Assembly (NCBI GenBank): GCA_051294905.1
Contig: CM119373.1
Location: 622,001 to 686,000, forward strand
Source: Botryllus schlosseri
Lineage: Eukaryota
Direction of reading: 5' to 3'
DNA length: 64,000 nt
Part shown: positions 50,477-63,683 of the stretch, piece by piece
Layout of the letters: every line of letters begins with the position of its first letter
Numbering within the stretch: the first letter of the stretch is position 1
Notes under the pieces: generated by a model
Seen by the model: only the letters and a program-made list of their open reading frames with translations
Databases searched by the model: none
What the model was told of the DNA's origin: nothing
Program-made: the position numbers and the translations under genes

Positions 50477-52370
50477 TCTGCTAACAGAAAGATGTTGATA
50501 TCAGTAAGCTATGGGCGATTTTGCAATTAAATTTAGTTTTCACAGTAGGATATTTGATATCAGACGGCCATTCTGTCGATGTGAGTCCTGCAATTTTACC
50601 AGTAATGAAGCAAAACTGCTGATTTTCCTAATTTAGAGCATTACAAATCAGGTTATCAATCATTTTGCAGATCTAGCGGTTTCGCGGACCGCCTGAAAAT
50701 GCTTCGCGGGCCCCCGGTTGAGAATCGCTGACCGAGAGCGTAATAACAATTCCATTATATTCACGAAATCTAATACGGAAAGAAATGCGATGAATTCTGT
50801 CCTAATTTTATTTCGAGTAGGTATAGGCATACTAAACGGTTATGTGACGTTATATTTTGGAAGAATGCTCATTGCTCAGGCATCGATGGATTACCGGTCG
50901 AACAATTACGCAGAAGGATTTTGTTGTCGTGTTGCATTTGAATCTGCCATTATCAACTTGCTCACCTCACACTTTCCATGAGAAGTCCAACGGCCGTTGA
51001 CGTAACTTCTGCTGCAAAATTGGCCTGAAATATATGGGATTGGTGGATTAGCGCACGTGCTTTTCAAACTAAAATACGTAAATGTGACGCCCTGTAATGA
51101 AGATCTATAACAGAGGTCCTCAGCCGGGGGTCCGCGAGACCTCCAAATTTGCAAAATGATTGATAGCCTAATTTGTATTTTTTCAATTAGGTAAATCACG
51201 AGCTAGATTCGATTCATAACTGGTAACATAACTGGTAAAACTTTACGACTCATATTAGAAAAATAGCAGTCGGAAAGGAAATATCCTGCTGTACAAACTC
51301 ATTTTAATTGATAAATTGACAGCAGCCTAATGATACAAATATACATTGCTATTTGAAGAAGCTTTGTCGGGGTTTGTGAAAAAATAAAAAGTTCGAGTAG
51401 TAATAGGTCAATCCGGGTGACTTGGAGATGTTTACAAGATGTCAGTCTCAGTATAATAGTAAGCAGTCGCTGTGAATGGACATTTGTGATCCATTTTTTC
51501 TGCAATATACATAATAACCAAAAATAATTTCATGATGAGCTGCTAGATAGAAATGGCTAGGCTGGACGTTCATTAAGTAATCTGTTTTTCAATTCTGGTG
51601 CCTTAGGTGTGAACGAAACGTTATGAGTTAACAGTACATGTACATTGTACATTCCCACCACCTATCTTTGGGGCAATGGATTGTCAGCAGTCGTTCATAT
51701 CAAATCAAAAGCGTGGGCTTTCAAGACACGGCCAGTTCTTTAAACAAATGCACCTGCAAAATTCGCTTCGAAATAATAAAAGTAGTTGCAATTTTACATA
51801 ATGTATTATTATTAATAAGAGAAGTATTTATTTGCTCTTTATCACTAGCCTACAGTTAAATTTTGCATAAGTCATATCACGGATGCACGATAATTGAGCT
51901 ACATTTTAACGAAAACTTAGGGGGGTCCGCGGTGGTCCCTGACGGTCAAAAGGGGTCCGCGAAGACAAAAAGGTTGAGAACCACTGATATATAAGGTCTA
52001 AAGCTAAGCAATCGGAAGAGACAGACTCTATATACCATGGAGTGACATGTTTTGGAATGATTTATCGTGTTACTTTTTAGCAGCCATATCATCCATCTGT
52101 ATTTATGCAACTTATCTCTTCATATGTCTCCTTTATCGTCATTATCGGATCCACACACGGCTGTAAATAGCAGGAATAATGGACATTCCTAAGCTGGAAC
52201 TACGCATGTAAGCTGAATCATTCACATATAGACACACCGCAAGTTGTCGAGCTCCGTACCAAAATGAGGATAAGATTGACTCTGTATCCTCCCTGCTTAC
52301 CTTCCAGGCAAAGTCACAATTTGCATATAAATGAAGAACTAGTATTCACCAACTATACTCAGTTACTCAC

Positions 52371-52443
52371 TTGAAGTACAGGTAACTGTCACAAGCAACG
52401 CAGTCAAATACCAAGTGGTCGAGAGGAGTGGAAACACGGCCAT
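52371..52443 (-). CDS. Signal-peptide exon, copy B (MAVFPLLSTTWYLTALLVTVTCTS)
   Basis: ATG 52443, phase-1 gtgagt donor; paralogue of 16206-16278. Confidence 0.75.
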
Positions 52444-54217
52444 CCTGTCTGACTTGCAACAATCAGTATAACTGTACCTTAATAAAGCATGCCTGGATAA
52501 ATGCTAATGAAAACGAGGAAGTTGAGTCCGTGAATAGGTGTTCTTAAATATGAAGCGCTATGTGCGTCTAGGCATGAGTTGACTAACTTTTGCTTAGTAT
52601 TTGAAAATTATCGTGTGTACGTTTTGAGCTGTTATTCATAAACTGATCTTTATCGCTATATTAAACATACAGCACGTTTAATTACGTTGGGAACTCCACT
52701 TCCTTCTGCGCCGCGAATCCGCGTGCTAAATTTGTACAGGGATGAGTTCCTTCAATTAAATTATGTATCGCAATGTGCAGGTATTAATTTATAGAAACGC
52801 CTTTGAAGCCCAAAGTAACGAAATATAGTCATGAAACACGCTACGTTTTTCTTCTTAGATGTTATAGCTCACTCACTTTATATCGTTTTCTCAATCTAAT
52901 AGTGTAGTAGCTGCGGATCGTACCACTACGTTATCTCGCCAGCTCAATGCAGGTGCTATCTGCAGAACTGAACAACCGTGTCATTTCTCATTTATTACGG
53001 TACATAACTCCCAAATATACGGAAAGTGGATGCGCCACATATAGTATTCAGTGACTGAAATAAAATTACTCATATATTCAATTTTCTCTAATCAGACTCA
53101 AAGGATTTTTGAAAAGCGTCAAAACGTTATTTTATAACTACGTTATATATATACATATATGCAAACATGAACTAAAAATTCAATATGTAAATTGGTTTCC
53201 TAGTCAACAAGCTCACCAAATGGATCAGTATGAGGTCGATTTCCACACCGAAGACAAAACCAACAAAATGGTCCATGTCATATTTATAAACTCACTATTG
53301 CAGTACAAAGATGAAATGCTTGTTCACATAATGATAATTTGCTATTCATTTTATATAAATATAGATTAAAATTAGAGTTAAATTTTTATCGAAAACATTC
53401 ATACATATTCATCATAAGCCAATGAATCCTGCCTATGGTACTATTGACGCATATGGCCAAAAGAAAATCGATTCCACCTCACTCACTAACGAACGAACTT
53501 AAATCCGCATCAAATCTCGATAAGCCAATCGGTCGATTTCGTTCTATATAATACCCAATATTGGATATTCAAATAATATTAATTAGTGATCGTCATTTGT
53601 ACATGACGTAATTGCTACCACCAATATAACCCCGTCAACATTAGCCTATTACATAAAACGCTGTACGGTTAAGACTTGGACATTGGACAACCAGGAAATT
53701 TTCTAATTTTCGAAATTAGATTGATTATAATTATAGCTACACAATTTCTTTTTCAAATTAGACCAGAAATATAATTATTGCAAGACAGTTTTTTTACCAA
53801 ATTAGAATAAAATTAGAATTGTAGATATATAATTTTTCAAAGTTGGATAATATTTAGAATTACTGAATGATAGCTACACATTTTTCTTTCTCAAATTAGA
53901 CTAGAATTAGAATTACTGAATTCACGAAAACTAGGACATTGAATCGAGCTCAGGTTATATCAAATCATAGTTTCTTCGGTTAAGCATGAGCAGGAATTAC
54001 CCATAATTTTCTAGCTGTCCAAATCTGATACGATTACTCTCGTCCAATTATGATCAATCATGATTTCTTGTTACTCGGATAGTTTCCTCGCCACCAAAAA
54101 AAAAACCGCTGGACGAAGGACTGGCAAAGAGCGGAAGTTTCTTGTGGAATGTTTTAAATAAATTTTGCCGTCGCTGACGTAATTCGAACTGTCATTCGTG
54201 TCGTAAACAAAAGAAAA

Positions 54218-54888
54218 TCATTCATTTTTGTCGCATACGCCAGTCCAAGTATAAGTAACTGCATGACCACTGACGATTGAATTGTTGCGATCGTAAGTCA
54301 CGACTGCATCGCTTGGACAGTAGCAACCGTCAGATTCGTACATCCCAAGTATTTCCGTAGAATTCAAAGCCCTCCTCCAAATCGTAAAACTTTCTATTTC
54401 TCCGCGGAAGCCATCGCCTTTAAACTTTTGTTCACCCGGACTTGTTCCGCTGATTGAACCGTATTGCGCTTGACCCAAGATCAGAACGCCATCACCTGGG
54501 ACGGGTTCAGGATTTTGAGCAATAGTGGATGGAAGGAGTGAGCCGTTAACGTAAGTAGCTGTCGATGACTCTGACTTCACGATGCACAAATGTGACCGGG
54601 TTGTTATGGGTTTGTTCATCTTAGTGAAATGTTTTTTCTTCCCTAAATGCATTTTAAGCGCTGACTGCTGCCTATCAATTTTCACGTCGACTGTTTGGCA
54701 CTCATTCTGACTTTCAACGCTCGTCGATGCGCAGTAACTGAACATCCTTCCGGTCACAGGCTCTGTTTCCGTCGCAGGGCGAACCCAAGCGCATGCCGTG
54801 AGTGACTTCATGTCTGGAACGATACCTCCATACTGGATATAGTCGCTGTGATCTTCACTTGGGAATAGGAAGTGAGAAGTGCTGCAGG
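54218..54888 (-). CDS. Pentraxin-domain terminal exon, copy C
   Basis: ttcag acceptor, same 671-nt length as A, intact. Motifs LTACAWVRP, SHLCIV, YVNG, GVLILGQAQY, FRGEIESFTIWRRAL. Confidence 0.9.
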
Positions 54889-55989
54889 CTGAAATAAGAT
54901 ATGAAAACATATCATTTTTGAACGTTAACAGGTGAGAATTTTTCTTCATTCGAATTCCAAAATAGGTTCTCCAAACTATCATTATAGATGTCGTCACCTT
55001 GTATTCCCTGAAAAGCAACTCATGTATTAAACTCTGTATACATGCGATTCAGCTGTGATGGGGCTTGCAGCATCTATTTTACATGTAGAGCTGCGCTTCA
55101 CGCTCTGTCAATTCAAATGAATATGGCCAAGATATACGGCCGAAAAAACGAAAAATATAAAAAAAACTTCATTTTATGTAATTTTGAAACATGGATCAAA
55201 TAATTTAAAATACGGACATAAGCTACTATGATTACACCGCGACGATGTGTCGTCATGTCACCACACATTGCTCGTTCTAAACATTAAGTGTTTCCGTAAG
55301 CTGCAAAAGAAATAAATAGACATATATGAGTAGGAACATATCAGTGTTAGAAAAAGTCACACCATAACACTCCCATTTGTTATGACGTCACCATGACTAA
55401 ATTGTGAATCTAGGTAATGGAAGTTGAGCTATATTTGGTCTGCGTGCCTAAACATAATATAAGCGAATACTTATCACTGTTTTTGAGTCTGAATTAGCAA
55501 AAAAGGGAATAAAGTTATCGGAATTCCCGCTATGTTAACCCTCATGCTCGATAGAAATAGTACTCGAAGCCAATAGCTCTCCTTGTATGTATAAGATACT
55601 GTCAGAGTAGTAGTCACAAATCAGAGTACGGTTGATGCCAGTCGTAAGATTTCACTCGGTGCGACGTGACTGGAGCAAAATGTCCAGAAATGGTCAAGTA
55701 CTCATCGTCGGTACTCAAGTCAAAGTAACAATAACGACGTAAATTTCTACTTGAGAACAAGAAGTGATTTACAAGTAAGTAAAAAAAGTAAGCATTCGAG
55801 GCCTAGAAACCCGTCAAGTAGAAGTCTGCAAGTAACGAAATACTTCTACTTGCCGAAAACTGTCAAGTAGAAATAAAAGTAGTCTATGTTCACAACCACT
55901 TGCCGAAAAAATGCACGCAGTCTTACCGAAAAAAGTGTGTATTCACACGCCTGTACCGCCCCTGACATACGGGTGTGAATAGAAACCTT

Positions 55990-56380
55990 GGTACACGAAA
56001 TAACAAGCTATCTCAAACTTGCACTATTTTTAGATGATACACGAACTCCTTTTGTTGACACATCCTTGACTGGTGTATTTTGATAAAAGTCGACTCCAAG
56101 GCACACAAATGAAAGTTTGAGCGACCCTTACCGACTATGTGAAATCTGTCGTCTCGAAATTATTGGTTGTGTCACCAAAAAGAGAGGTGATGTGTCATCT
56201 AAAAATGGTACATGGAACGCTCTCGTATTCGACATTTCGTTCTGGTGACGTCATATTTTGTGTTAGGATTGTTGATATACGCTATTCTTTTGAATTCTCT
56301 ACTAGTTGCTGACGATTACCCATGACGAGTGTCAGCCGAAAATATTCGGGTTCATTTCAATATGAATGTACTATTCAATT
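55990..56380. mobile_element. Penelope-like fragment with inversion: GIY-YIG C-terminus (minus) and pseudo-LTR with mutated hammerhead (plus, 56318-56351)
   Basis: Minus 56160->56020 reads FRDDRFHIVGKGRSNFHLCALESTFIKIHQSRMCQQKEFVYHLK, typical of the Penelope endonuclease end. Hammerhead core reads AUGACGA (C>A at 56322). Confidence 0.8.
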
Positions 56381-56614
56381 TTAATCATTTTGTAGTAACT
56401 ATGCCCGTCGGCCATGTTAGAGAGCACAGCATTGTGTACAGCGTCAGTGGCCTATTTATCTCGATATAGAATTCATGCGGCCCGCGCCCTCTATGAAATT
56501 TGAAAATGGCCCGTGACCCGTGTTTTGAGTTGGCGAACCCTGTGTTAGACTATTTCCACTTCTACTTGACAGTTTGACTTTATCTAATCAAGGTAGGTTA
56601 AGTCAGAGACCCAC

Positions 56615-56716
56615 TTCCATCGTCCGTAGGCTTGGTGGTGGCGATGCCGTCTTTCCTTGTAGTCGTAGATGGCTTGGTCTCGGACGTAGTAGTTGAGTGT
56701 GACTGATGCACTCCAT
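56615..56716 (-). CDS. Thr-rich 102-nt phase-1 exon, copy C (GVHQSHSTTTSETKPSTTTRKDGIATTKPTDDG)
   Basis: aag acceptor, gtgggt donor; same length and position as the A exon. Confidence 0.7.
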
Positions 56717-56788
56717 CTTCGATATGCGTGTCAATGGAAATGGTTTGATTATTCTCGTTTGATAGTCTTACAATAAGTTAGTACTCAC

Positions 56789-56860
56789 TGTTACCGAATG
56801 GCTCAGACGTGAGGACCTCATCATTGTTAGTGGTCGTACGTGGTTGAGTTGCAATTGCTG
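56789..56860 (-). CDS. Thr-rich 72-nt phase-1 exon, copy C (AIATQPRTTTNNDEVLTSEPFGN)
   Basis: tag acceptor (NAGNAG), gtgagt donor; open. Confidence 0.65.
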
Positions 56861-57440
56861 CTATGAAATTGCTTTCTCAATTCATTTTATGTGTACAGTT
56901 GAATCCGGTTAATTCGGACTCCGGATAACCCGGACCATCCCCTTTTTCGGCCATATGCTCGGGAACGAAACAAAATCAAATATTGCCCGGAAAAAAGTAC
57001 TGTTCATTCGGACAATTATCGGCTTGATTCGGAAATGGACTCGCAATTCCTATCGTTACGCAGAGGGGCATAGTAACGATGTACTTCTACACTTCGAATT
57101 ACCAGAGGTAGATCTTGCGTGCTAGCTGTGCTTCCTCAAGTGGTTGTGATTTTTTGACAACATTTGCTTGGAAGTATTCAGTTTCTTCGACAAAATTAGG
57201 CCTAGGATATTTACTTTAATACTTACTTGTAAATCGCAAATACTGCTTCTACTTGAGTACAAATTTGCGGCGTTGCTTCTACTTCTACTTGAGTACTGAC
57301 GGTGATTACTTATATTATGGGCACAAGCTGAGTGGAATAATGACTATCCATGCATTAAAAGTGGACAATGAAGTCTTACAAACAAGGCCGTGTCAGCTTC
57401 AAAGTCGCTTTTAATTGGGTACAATTGCGTCCGTCTGGTA

Positions 57441-60400
57441 CAGACCTGGGCAAAGTTCGGCCCGCGGGGCTATTTTGTACGGCCTTCAAAAGGTTGCCTG
57501 GAATTCAAAACCTGCTTTTTGAATGTTGATGCGTGGACTGAAACAGTCGCCTGCGTCCACTGGACAGGAAATTCGTTTACTTTGAAGCCTATTCATTAAT
57601 GCGCCACGATTACGCTGCCTACGTATCTGATTCAGTGCTTGATTTTACCTATAAAATCAGTAATTTGCTAGTAATTTTTTTCTGTTCATTATCAAGAGTA
57701 AGTTCTATGGAAGTGAGATAGAAAAATGTTGCTTCTGCATCGTTAAAGCCGAAAACTAGCTTTATAGAGTAAACGGCAGGGTTGTAATGACTCGAGTCAT
57801 GACTCGACTCGAGTCAGACTCGAGTCACGATTTTTTTGTGACTCGACTTGACTCGAGTCATTTTCTTGAAATTGGAAAATGACTCGACTCGACTCGAGTC
57901 AATATTTGGATTGACTCGACTTGTACTCGAGTCATTACGCATGACTCGACCCAAGTCATTGACTCGGCTTATTTTATATGACTTGAAGATGAAGAAATTT
58001 GCGAATCGTAATGGTTAGATCATCGCATCTGACGAATTCTGCCGACATCGCTATTTGTCACCACTGCTTTCGTTGCACTCGTCTGTTATAATATATGCCG
58101 CCGTAAAAGTAACAGATAATTGCACAGTACCAAAGTATTGCACAAAATCATCTAGTGATGAAGGGGTAGTAGATCCTCCGCAATCAAAGTACTCAAGACT
58201 GTACAATCAAACAATCGAAACAAAGTTCAATTAGAGCCAATGAAATGAATCAGATGGCCATGTACTTGCAAGAGACTGATAAGCTCATGTACGGATTTGA
58301 AGGTGATGATTCTTTGCATTTTTGTGCAACTAGAAAGAACGAGTATCCAATACTCTTCAGTGTAGTTCAATAATGCTGGTCAATTCCTGCATCTAGTGCA
58401 CCAGTGGAACGTGTATTCAGTAAATGTGGATTTATTATAAGTCCATGCCGCTTTAACATGTCTGAGGATCTCCCTTTCACTTTAGTATTTTTGAAGTTGC
58501 GACATCAGGTAGTAGCCGTCGGTTAGTCTGCGATAAGTATACGGCAAGTCCGTGGTCAACGGATATCCGCTTACAGTTTATACTTAACTGGCACTTCCGC
58601 AGTAGCTGACACGAACGTCCTGTGTTCTGTGTAGTTCTTGACTGTAGTTCAATAGACACAAACAATTGCCTTTTCCAGATATATTGTACGGGTCGATAGT
58701 AATTTGGATAGTTTAAGCAGTAAGTACAGCGTACATGAGTCTCGTATAAATCTGAGTCAATCTTTGATATGCACTGGGTTATAACTATGCGATAAGTCAC
58801 GTGATATAGCATTATACCATAACAGATATAGGAGAGAGAAGGGGCCAGAGCTCCACAAAGTGTAACTCATTGATTTGATCTGCTGTCTGTGAAAACACAC
58901 AGTTAAGGCAGTTAAGGAAAATAAGGAGAATATCGGCCTGGTGTGAATGACCATAGTAGTTGACAAACACCATGAATAGCGCATAACAAACAAACCCTAA
59001 TAACTTCGCTTCTTCTAGTTGGAATTGAGTCAAATTTGCTATGAATCATATTTTTACACAATCTAACCATATCACGAGGAAGCCGGATGAAAATTCAAAA
59101 CTCTCTATTAGTCTAATTAGTCCAAAATTTTCTCTCATAGCACTGGTTTCTACTGGTTGGGATTGAGCCAAATTTAAGTTTATTTTAGGAGCGTCCTTTT
59201 TAAGATTTTGTCCTCTTTTTTGAGAATTTTGGTAAATGTAGGGCAAATTCGACTAAGATACAGTAAATCAGCACTGAAGTAACGCTCCGGTGGCTATTTC
59301 GTGAGCTGAGCAGGAAAGTTGACCTTTTTCAAGTCAACTACCTGATAATGTGAAAGAAAAACTGTACCTCTACATCTACATAAACATGCATATGTTGATT
59401 CTCTATCTGCTGATATCCACACATGAATTCGTTGGTGATCTGCTATTTGTGAGCTGTCGTCGATGTGCCCGTAATAAAAACCGAATGCTTGTATTTGTGA
59501 TGTATCAGACTGACAACAAGACCGATAGATATTTGATTTAAAGTTCTACAATTAGTTAAGTTATCATATTTGCGGCCTGTCTCGTCTATCTGTAGCATCG
59601 GTAAATCAGGCCAGGAACTGTCCGTTATCTGCCTAAATATACATGTGCCAAGACTCTGGTATAGGGACGAAATAAGCATGTTTGGCAAGCAAGGAATTCG
59701 ATATCGCCCAAGCAGGATTGAGAACATAAATTAAACATGACTTCAATGCTGTGACTTGGACTCGGACTCGAGTCATAACACTATGACTCGGACTTGACCC
59801 TTAAAACGGTGAGTTGGACTCGGACTCGAGTCGGTGATGAATTGGAAATGACTCGACTTGACTCGAGTCAAAACCACAAAAGTAAGATTGACTCGTGACT
59901 CGGAACCATGTGACTTGGTTACAACCCTGGTAAACGGTTATCAAGATATGGCAAAATCTGCTTTTTTCGGCTCGTTCGGTGAAAATGCACGACCACTAGA
60001 GGGTGTACGAACCCAAAATTATGATAGAATTTATGTATTTGCTATTTGGCACCACTTGTCAAGACACTTTTGTGAACTTCAATTTTTTTTTACTCCACCT
60101 TTTACTTGCACACTGCACGGAAGGTAGCGATAAAGACAATAAGCTTTTATTATACCAATTCTCAAATATATTTCAGTGCCGTGGTTCTCGAACCAGGGTT
60201 ATTTACCCCCAGCTATTGCTCTATTTGTCCTACTTTCATAGGTCAGAATTCTCTCATCAACAGCCATCACCGTCCATGCCATCAAAATACCGGTTGGGAT
60301 TGATAGTATTCTGGTTGCTTTTTTTAATATTTTGTGATATCATGATAAGGGTGGCGCGACATTTTTCGCTGTCATACAGAAGGGCGTGCCTAAAAAGTTT

Positions 60401-60699
60401 GAGAACCACTGTTTTAGTGTCTTAATAGTAGAACGTGGATACGAGTTTAAAAAGAGTTGAAAATGTATCATGTTTAACATTATTTCGAATCATGTCGGCA
60501 AATATATTTTTTAATTAATCGTCACTTTCTCATTACCTATAACAGCGACACATTCACAGAGCAGCATTTATTAACAATGTAAATTAGAAATTAAATTAAA
60601 ATACGCTGCAGAATATAGCAAAAAAATCCAACTCGGCCCGGAAACGTATTTTCAACTTCTCATTTGGCCGGCGAAAAAAAATATAATTGCGCACCCTTG
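57441..60699. mobile_element. Older hAT MITE shell enclosing 57777-59929 and ~60175-60411
   Basis: Ends cagacctgggcaaa/ttgcgcacccttg; degenerate TSD gtctggta/gtcttgtg. Confidence 0.6.
57777..59929 (+). mobile_element. hAT element with gactcgagtc subterminal repeats and dimerisation-domain relic
   Basis: TIRs cagggttgtaa/ttacaaccctg; TSD gtaaacgg; relic YPILFSVVQ*CWSIPASSAPVERVFSKCG at ~58340-58430. Confidence 0.95.
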
Positions 60700-60888
60700 G
60701 TCTTGTGGAACAGATTGGTACACAGACACGTTTGCATTTGCAGAAAAAAGTGAAATTACTCACGACAGTAAACGAAGAAAAAAGTCAAGACGTTACCTTG
60801 ACAGTTCGACAGTTGGTTGCGTTGGAGGGGATTTGAAAGCGTACTATTTGAAGTCTATACGCCTCCGTTACACAGTTTAACAATGGAC

Positions 60889-61454
60889 CAGGGATGAGCA
60901 AACTTTTGTCTCGCGGGCCGCGTTCAACATCTGAATCCAAGCGCGGGCCGCACTATAGCTAATAGAGATTATTAGCCAAAACAATATTCTTATTCATTTA
61001 TAAAGGCCCAGTGCCCGAGGAAATATTGAGATAATATGAATGTATATTTAAAACAAACTAATATACGCGTCAAAATAGTGACAAGATCTCATAAGCTGGT
61101 CGTCCACAATAACAAATTTATCGAATTCTGCGATAAAAGTCGCTTGTGCCGATTGTTGCAACAGGATGGGAATTTCAATTATGTAATTTCTGTTTTAACT
61201 TTCTGTGATGTTTAGCAAGTGAAACCTATACAAATGCGTGGGACTTGAGGTTAGGCTATTGCAATAGCAACCGCAAATAAGAAATAAACATCATATAAGA
61301 CTGTAACTATCATTGTCATGGTGAAATACATTACGAAAAAGTTTAGTCAAGTCGCCACAATAATTAGATTTTTAATATGCATTTTATCAATATTTTTCTT
61401 GAGGGCTTCGAGGCCGCACAAAATGGTGCTGAGGGACGTAGTTTGTCACCCATG
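60889..61454. mobile_element. hAT MITE
   Basis: Ends cagggatgagcaaact/agtttgtcacccatg; degenerate TSD caatggac/cacttgac. Confidence 0.7.
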
Positions 61455-61783
61455 CACTTGACAGTATTTGTGGAATTGTTTGGTATCGAAAATACTGTAC
61501 AATTGAACTTACCTGAGGGTATAACTGATGTGCGTTTTATGCGATCAGTGCCGATTACAGCAGTATAGGGTACCTCCAATACATGTATCAAACAACGGAA
61601 ATGTGTTTGTTGACGCACGGCCATGAAACTGACAATTGATTTTCGCTAACTCGGAAAAACCCGTTTTTCCACTTAATTCGGACAAAGGTGTGTTGGGCCA
61701 AGCAATTTGAATTTTAACGGAGTCGACTGTATTCATAGTTTTCCTGATTCCGAAATCTCATATTAGAACACATAATAACTTAC

Positions 61784-61840
61784 TGGTAGCCGCGGAAGTA
61801 TTTGCTGTCAAGTCATTTCCGTTTGTGATGGTCGGTGTCG
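61784..61840 (-). CDS. Candidate further Thr-rich 57-nt phase-1 exon of copy C (TPTITNGNDLTANTSAAT)
   Basis: tag acceptor, gtaagt donor, phase 1-1, composition like the other stalk exons; no paralogue seen. Confidence 0.45.
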
Positions 61841-63409
61841 CTATATGGTGATCGCCCGCCTGACCAATGATTGTATGCAGTGTAACGACACAACCCTCGT
61901 CAGTTCCCTTGATAAATGTTTCCAGTTCCTTTACGAGCTCTTTCTCGGAAATACAAAATCGAAATATAACGTACGATCAATTTACCGCAAGGATGCCCAT
62001 TAGGGTTGTTAAAAAAAGTTTTTCTTCAAATTATACTGGCTATTCGATACAATTTTCAGTGTGGTCTGGAGTGGGACTTGAACCAAATTAGCTGTGTAGC
62101 GTTAACATTTAAGTAACCTGACAATTTATTCAATAGGCCAGTAAAATTTGAAGTAATAATTCCTTTTTTTGAAAAATCCAAACGGACGAGCAGTATTCCA
62201 TAACATGCTATTGCGACCCAAAATTGTCAATTTTCACGCGAGTAATGCCAGATCATACAGTTGCGCCCAACGCAGCTTGATAGTTCTAGATTTGGGTTTT
62301 CTCAACAAAATATTTTAAACCAGAGGTTCTCAACCGGGTATCCGCGTACCCATAGTGGTCCGAGAAGCATTTTCAAGGGGTCGGCGCAACCTCAAAATTT
62401 GCAAAATCGTTGATAACCTAGTATTCTTTTAATTAGGTAAATGATAAAGCAATTTCACTTCATAACGGCTAAAACTTCCGGACTCACAAAAACAGAATGG
62501 CCGTCTGAGATGAAATATTCTGCTGTGTTTAGTCGCGTAGAATTGCCAATAGCCTATACTGGTACAGACATATTGCTGTTTAGAGAAGTTTTGTTGCGGT
62601 TATGGAATATATTTGTTTGAAAAAAAAACATGTTTCTCCTTTGATATACATAACCAATATAACTTCAGGCATGGCCTACTAAAGGCCATGCTTCAGGATC
62701 AGCTGCTAGATAGAAATGACCATAGATTGGACGCTATATTGGTGCCATATCTGTTGCGATTATACACAAAGATATCGTCCGAAGCATTACGCGTTATTAC
62801 TACATTCGCCACCACCTATTATTGTGGATATCAATGAATTTTCGGCCCTAGCTCATGTCAAATCGAAAGCTTGGATTTTTAAGACATGGCCGTGTATTTC
62901 AAGAAATACCGCTACAGAATTCGATTTGAAATAAGAAAACTCTTTTCAATTTCTATATAAATCGTATGATGTTATTTTCAAGAGGCGTCATTTTGTTGCT
63001 GTTTATCACTAGCCTACGGTTAATATTTGCACTGGAGCAGTGGTTATCAACCTTTTGTCTTCGCGGACCCCTTTCAGACCGTCACGGATCCCCGCGGGCC
63101 CCCACAAGTTTCAGCTCAATTTTCATGTAACCGTCATCTGTCTTGGGCAAATAGTATCTATAGGCTAGTGATAAACAGCAACAAGATTACTTTTCGTGGA
63201 AATAACATCATACCATATGTAAAAACTCGGTATCAGTACGCAGTCGTGTCTTGGAAATCAACGCCTTCGATTTGATATAAACGAGTGCCGAAATCTATTT
63301 CTACAAAGATAGGTGGTGGCGAATAATATTAACGCGTATCGCTTCCGACGACACCTTTGGGTATGATCGCAACATATACCTGGCTCAAAATTTAGATAAA
63401 GACGTTTTA

Positions 63410-63683
63410 ATGTTTGCTTGTGGTGTTCCTGGTTTTTGTCGACCTCAAATGTTAATTTACCCCAGGCTGACATTCTTCATTTCTGCTCCGAAACTGTCGA
63501 CTTGCATCACGATCCACTTCTAATACGTTTTTTGCAAGACACCGCTTATGCGGATCGCATGGCGAGTAGGAGCCTCGATAACCCCCAATTCATAGGTAGG
63601 AACTCTGAACTCGACCTCAGTCGGACTAGAAACCGCAATCCATTGTGTTGCAGCCGTGGATTTCACCACTACGCTATCTAGCC
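63410..63683 (-). mobile_element. Diverged tRNA-derived SINE copy
   Basis: Reverse complement starts ggctagatagcgtagtggtgaaatccacggctgcaacac and aligns with 45365-45627. Confidence 0.8.

Noticed and set aside
9604..56860. One gene with mutually exclusive alternative 3' pentraxin cassettes
   Set aside because: Copies A and B each have their own signal exon and 5' flank, so separate genes are simpler; cross-copy splicing is frame-compatible but unsupported.
61513..61570. Additional stalk exon (TAVIGTDRIKRTSVIPS) with gtaagt donor
   Set aside because: No phase-1 AG acceptor found at a suitable position.
56896..61729. Single pogo/Tigger-like element from tacagttgaatccg to cggagtcgactgta
   Set aside because: The ends match only loosely and there is no transposase relic; they may be two unrelated fragments.
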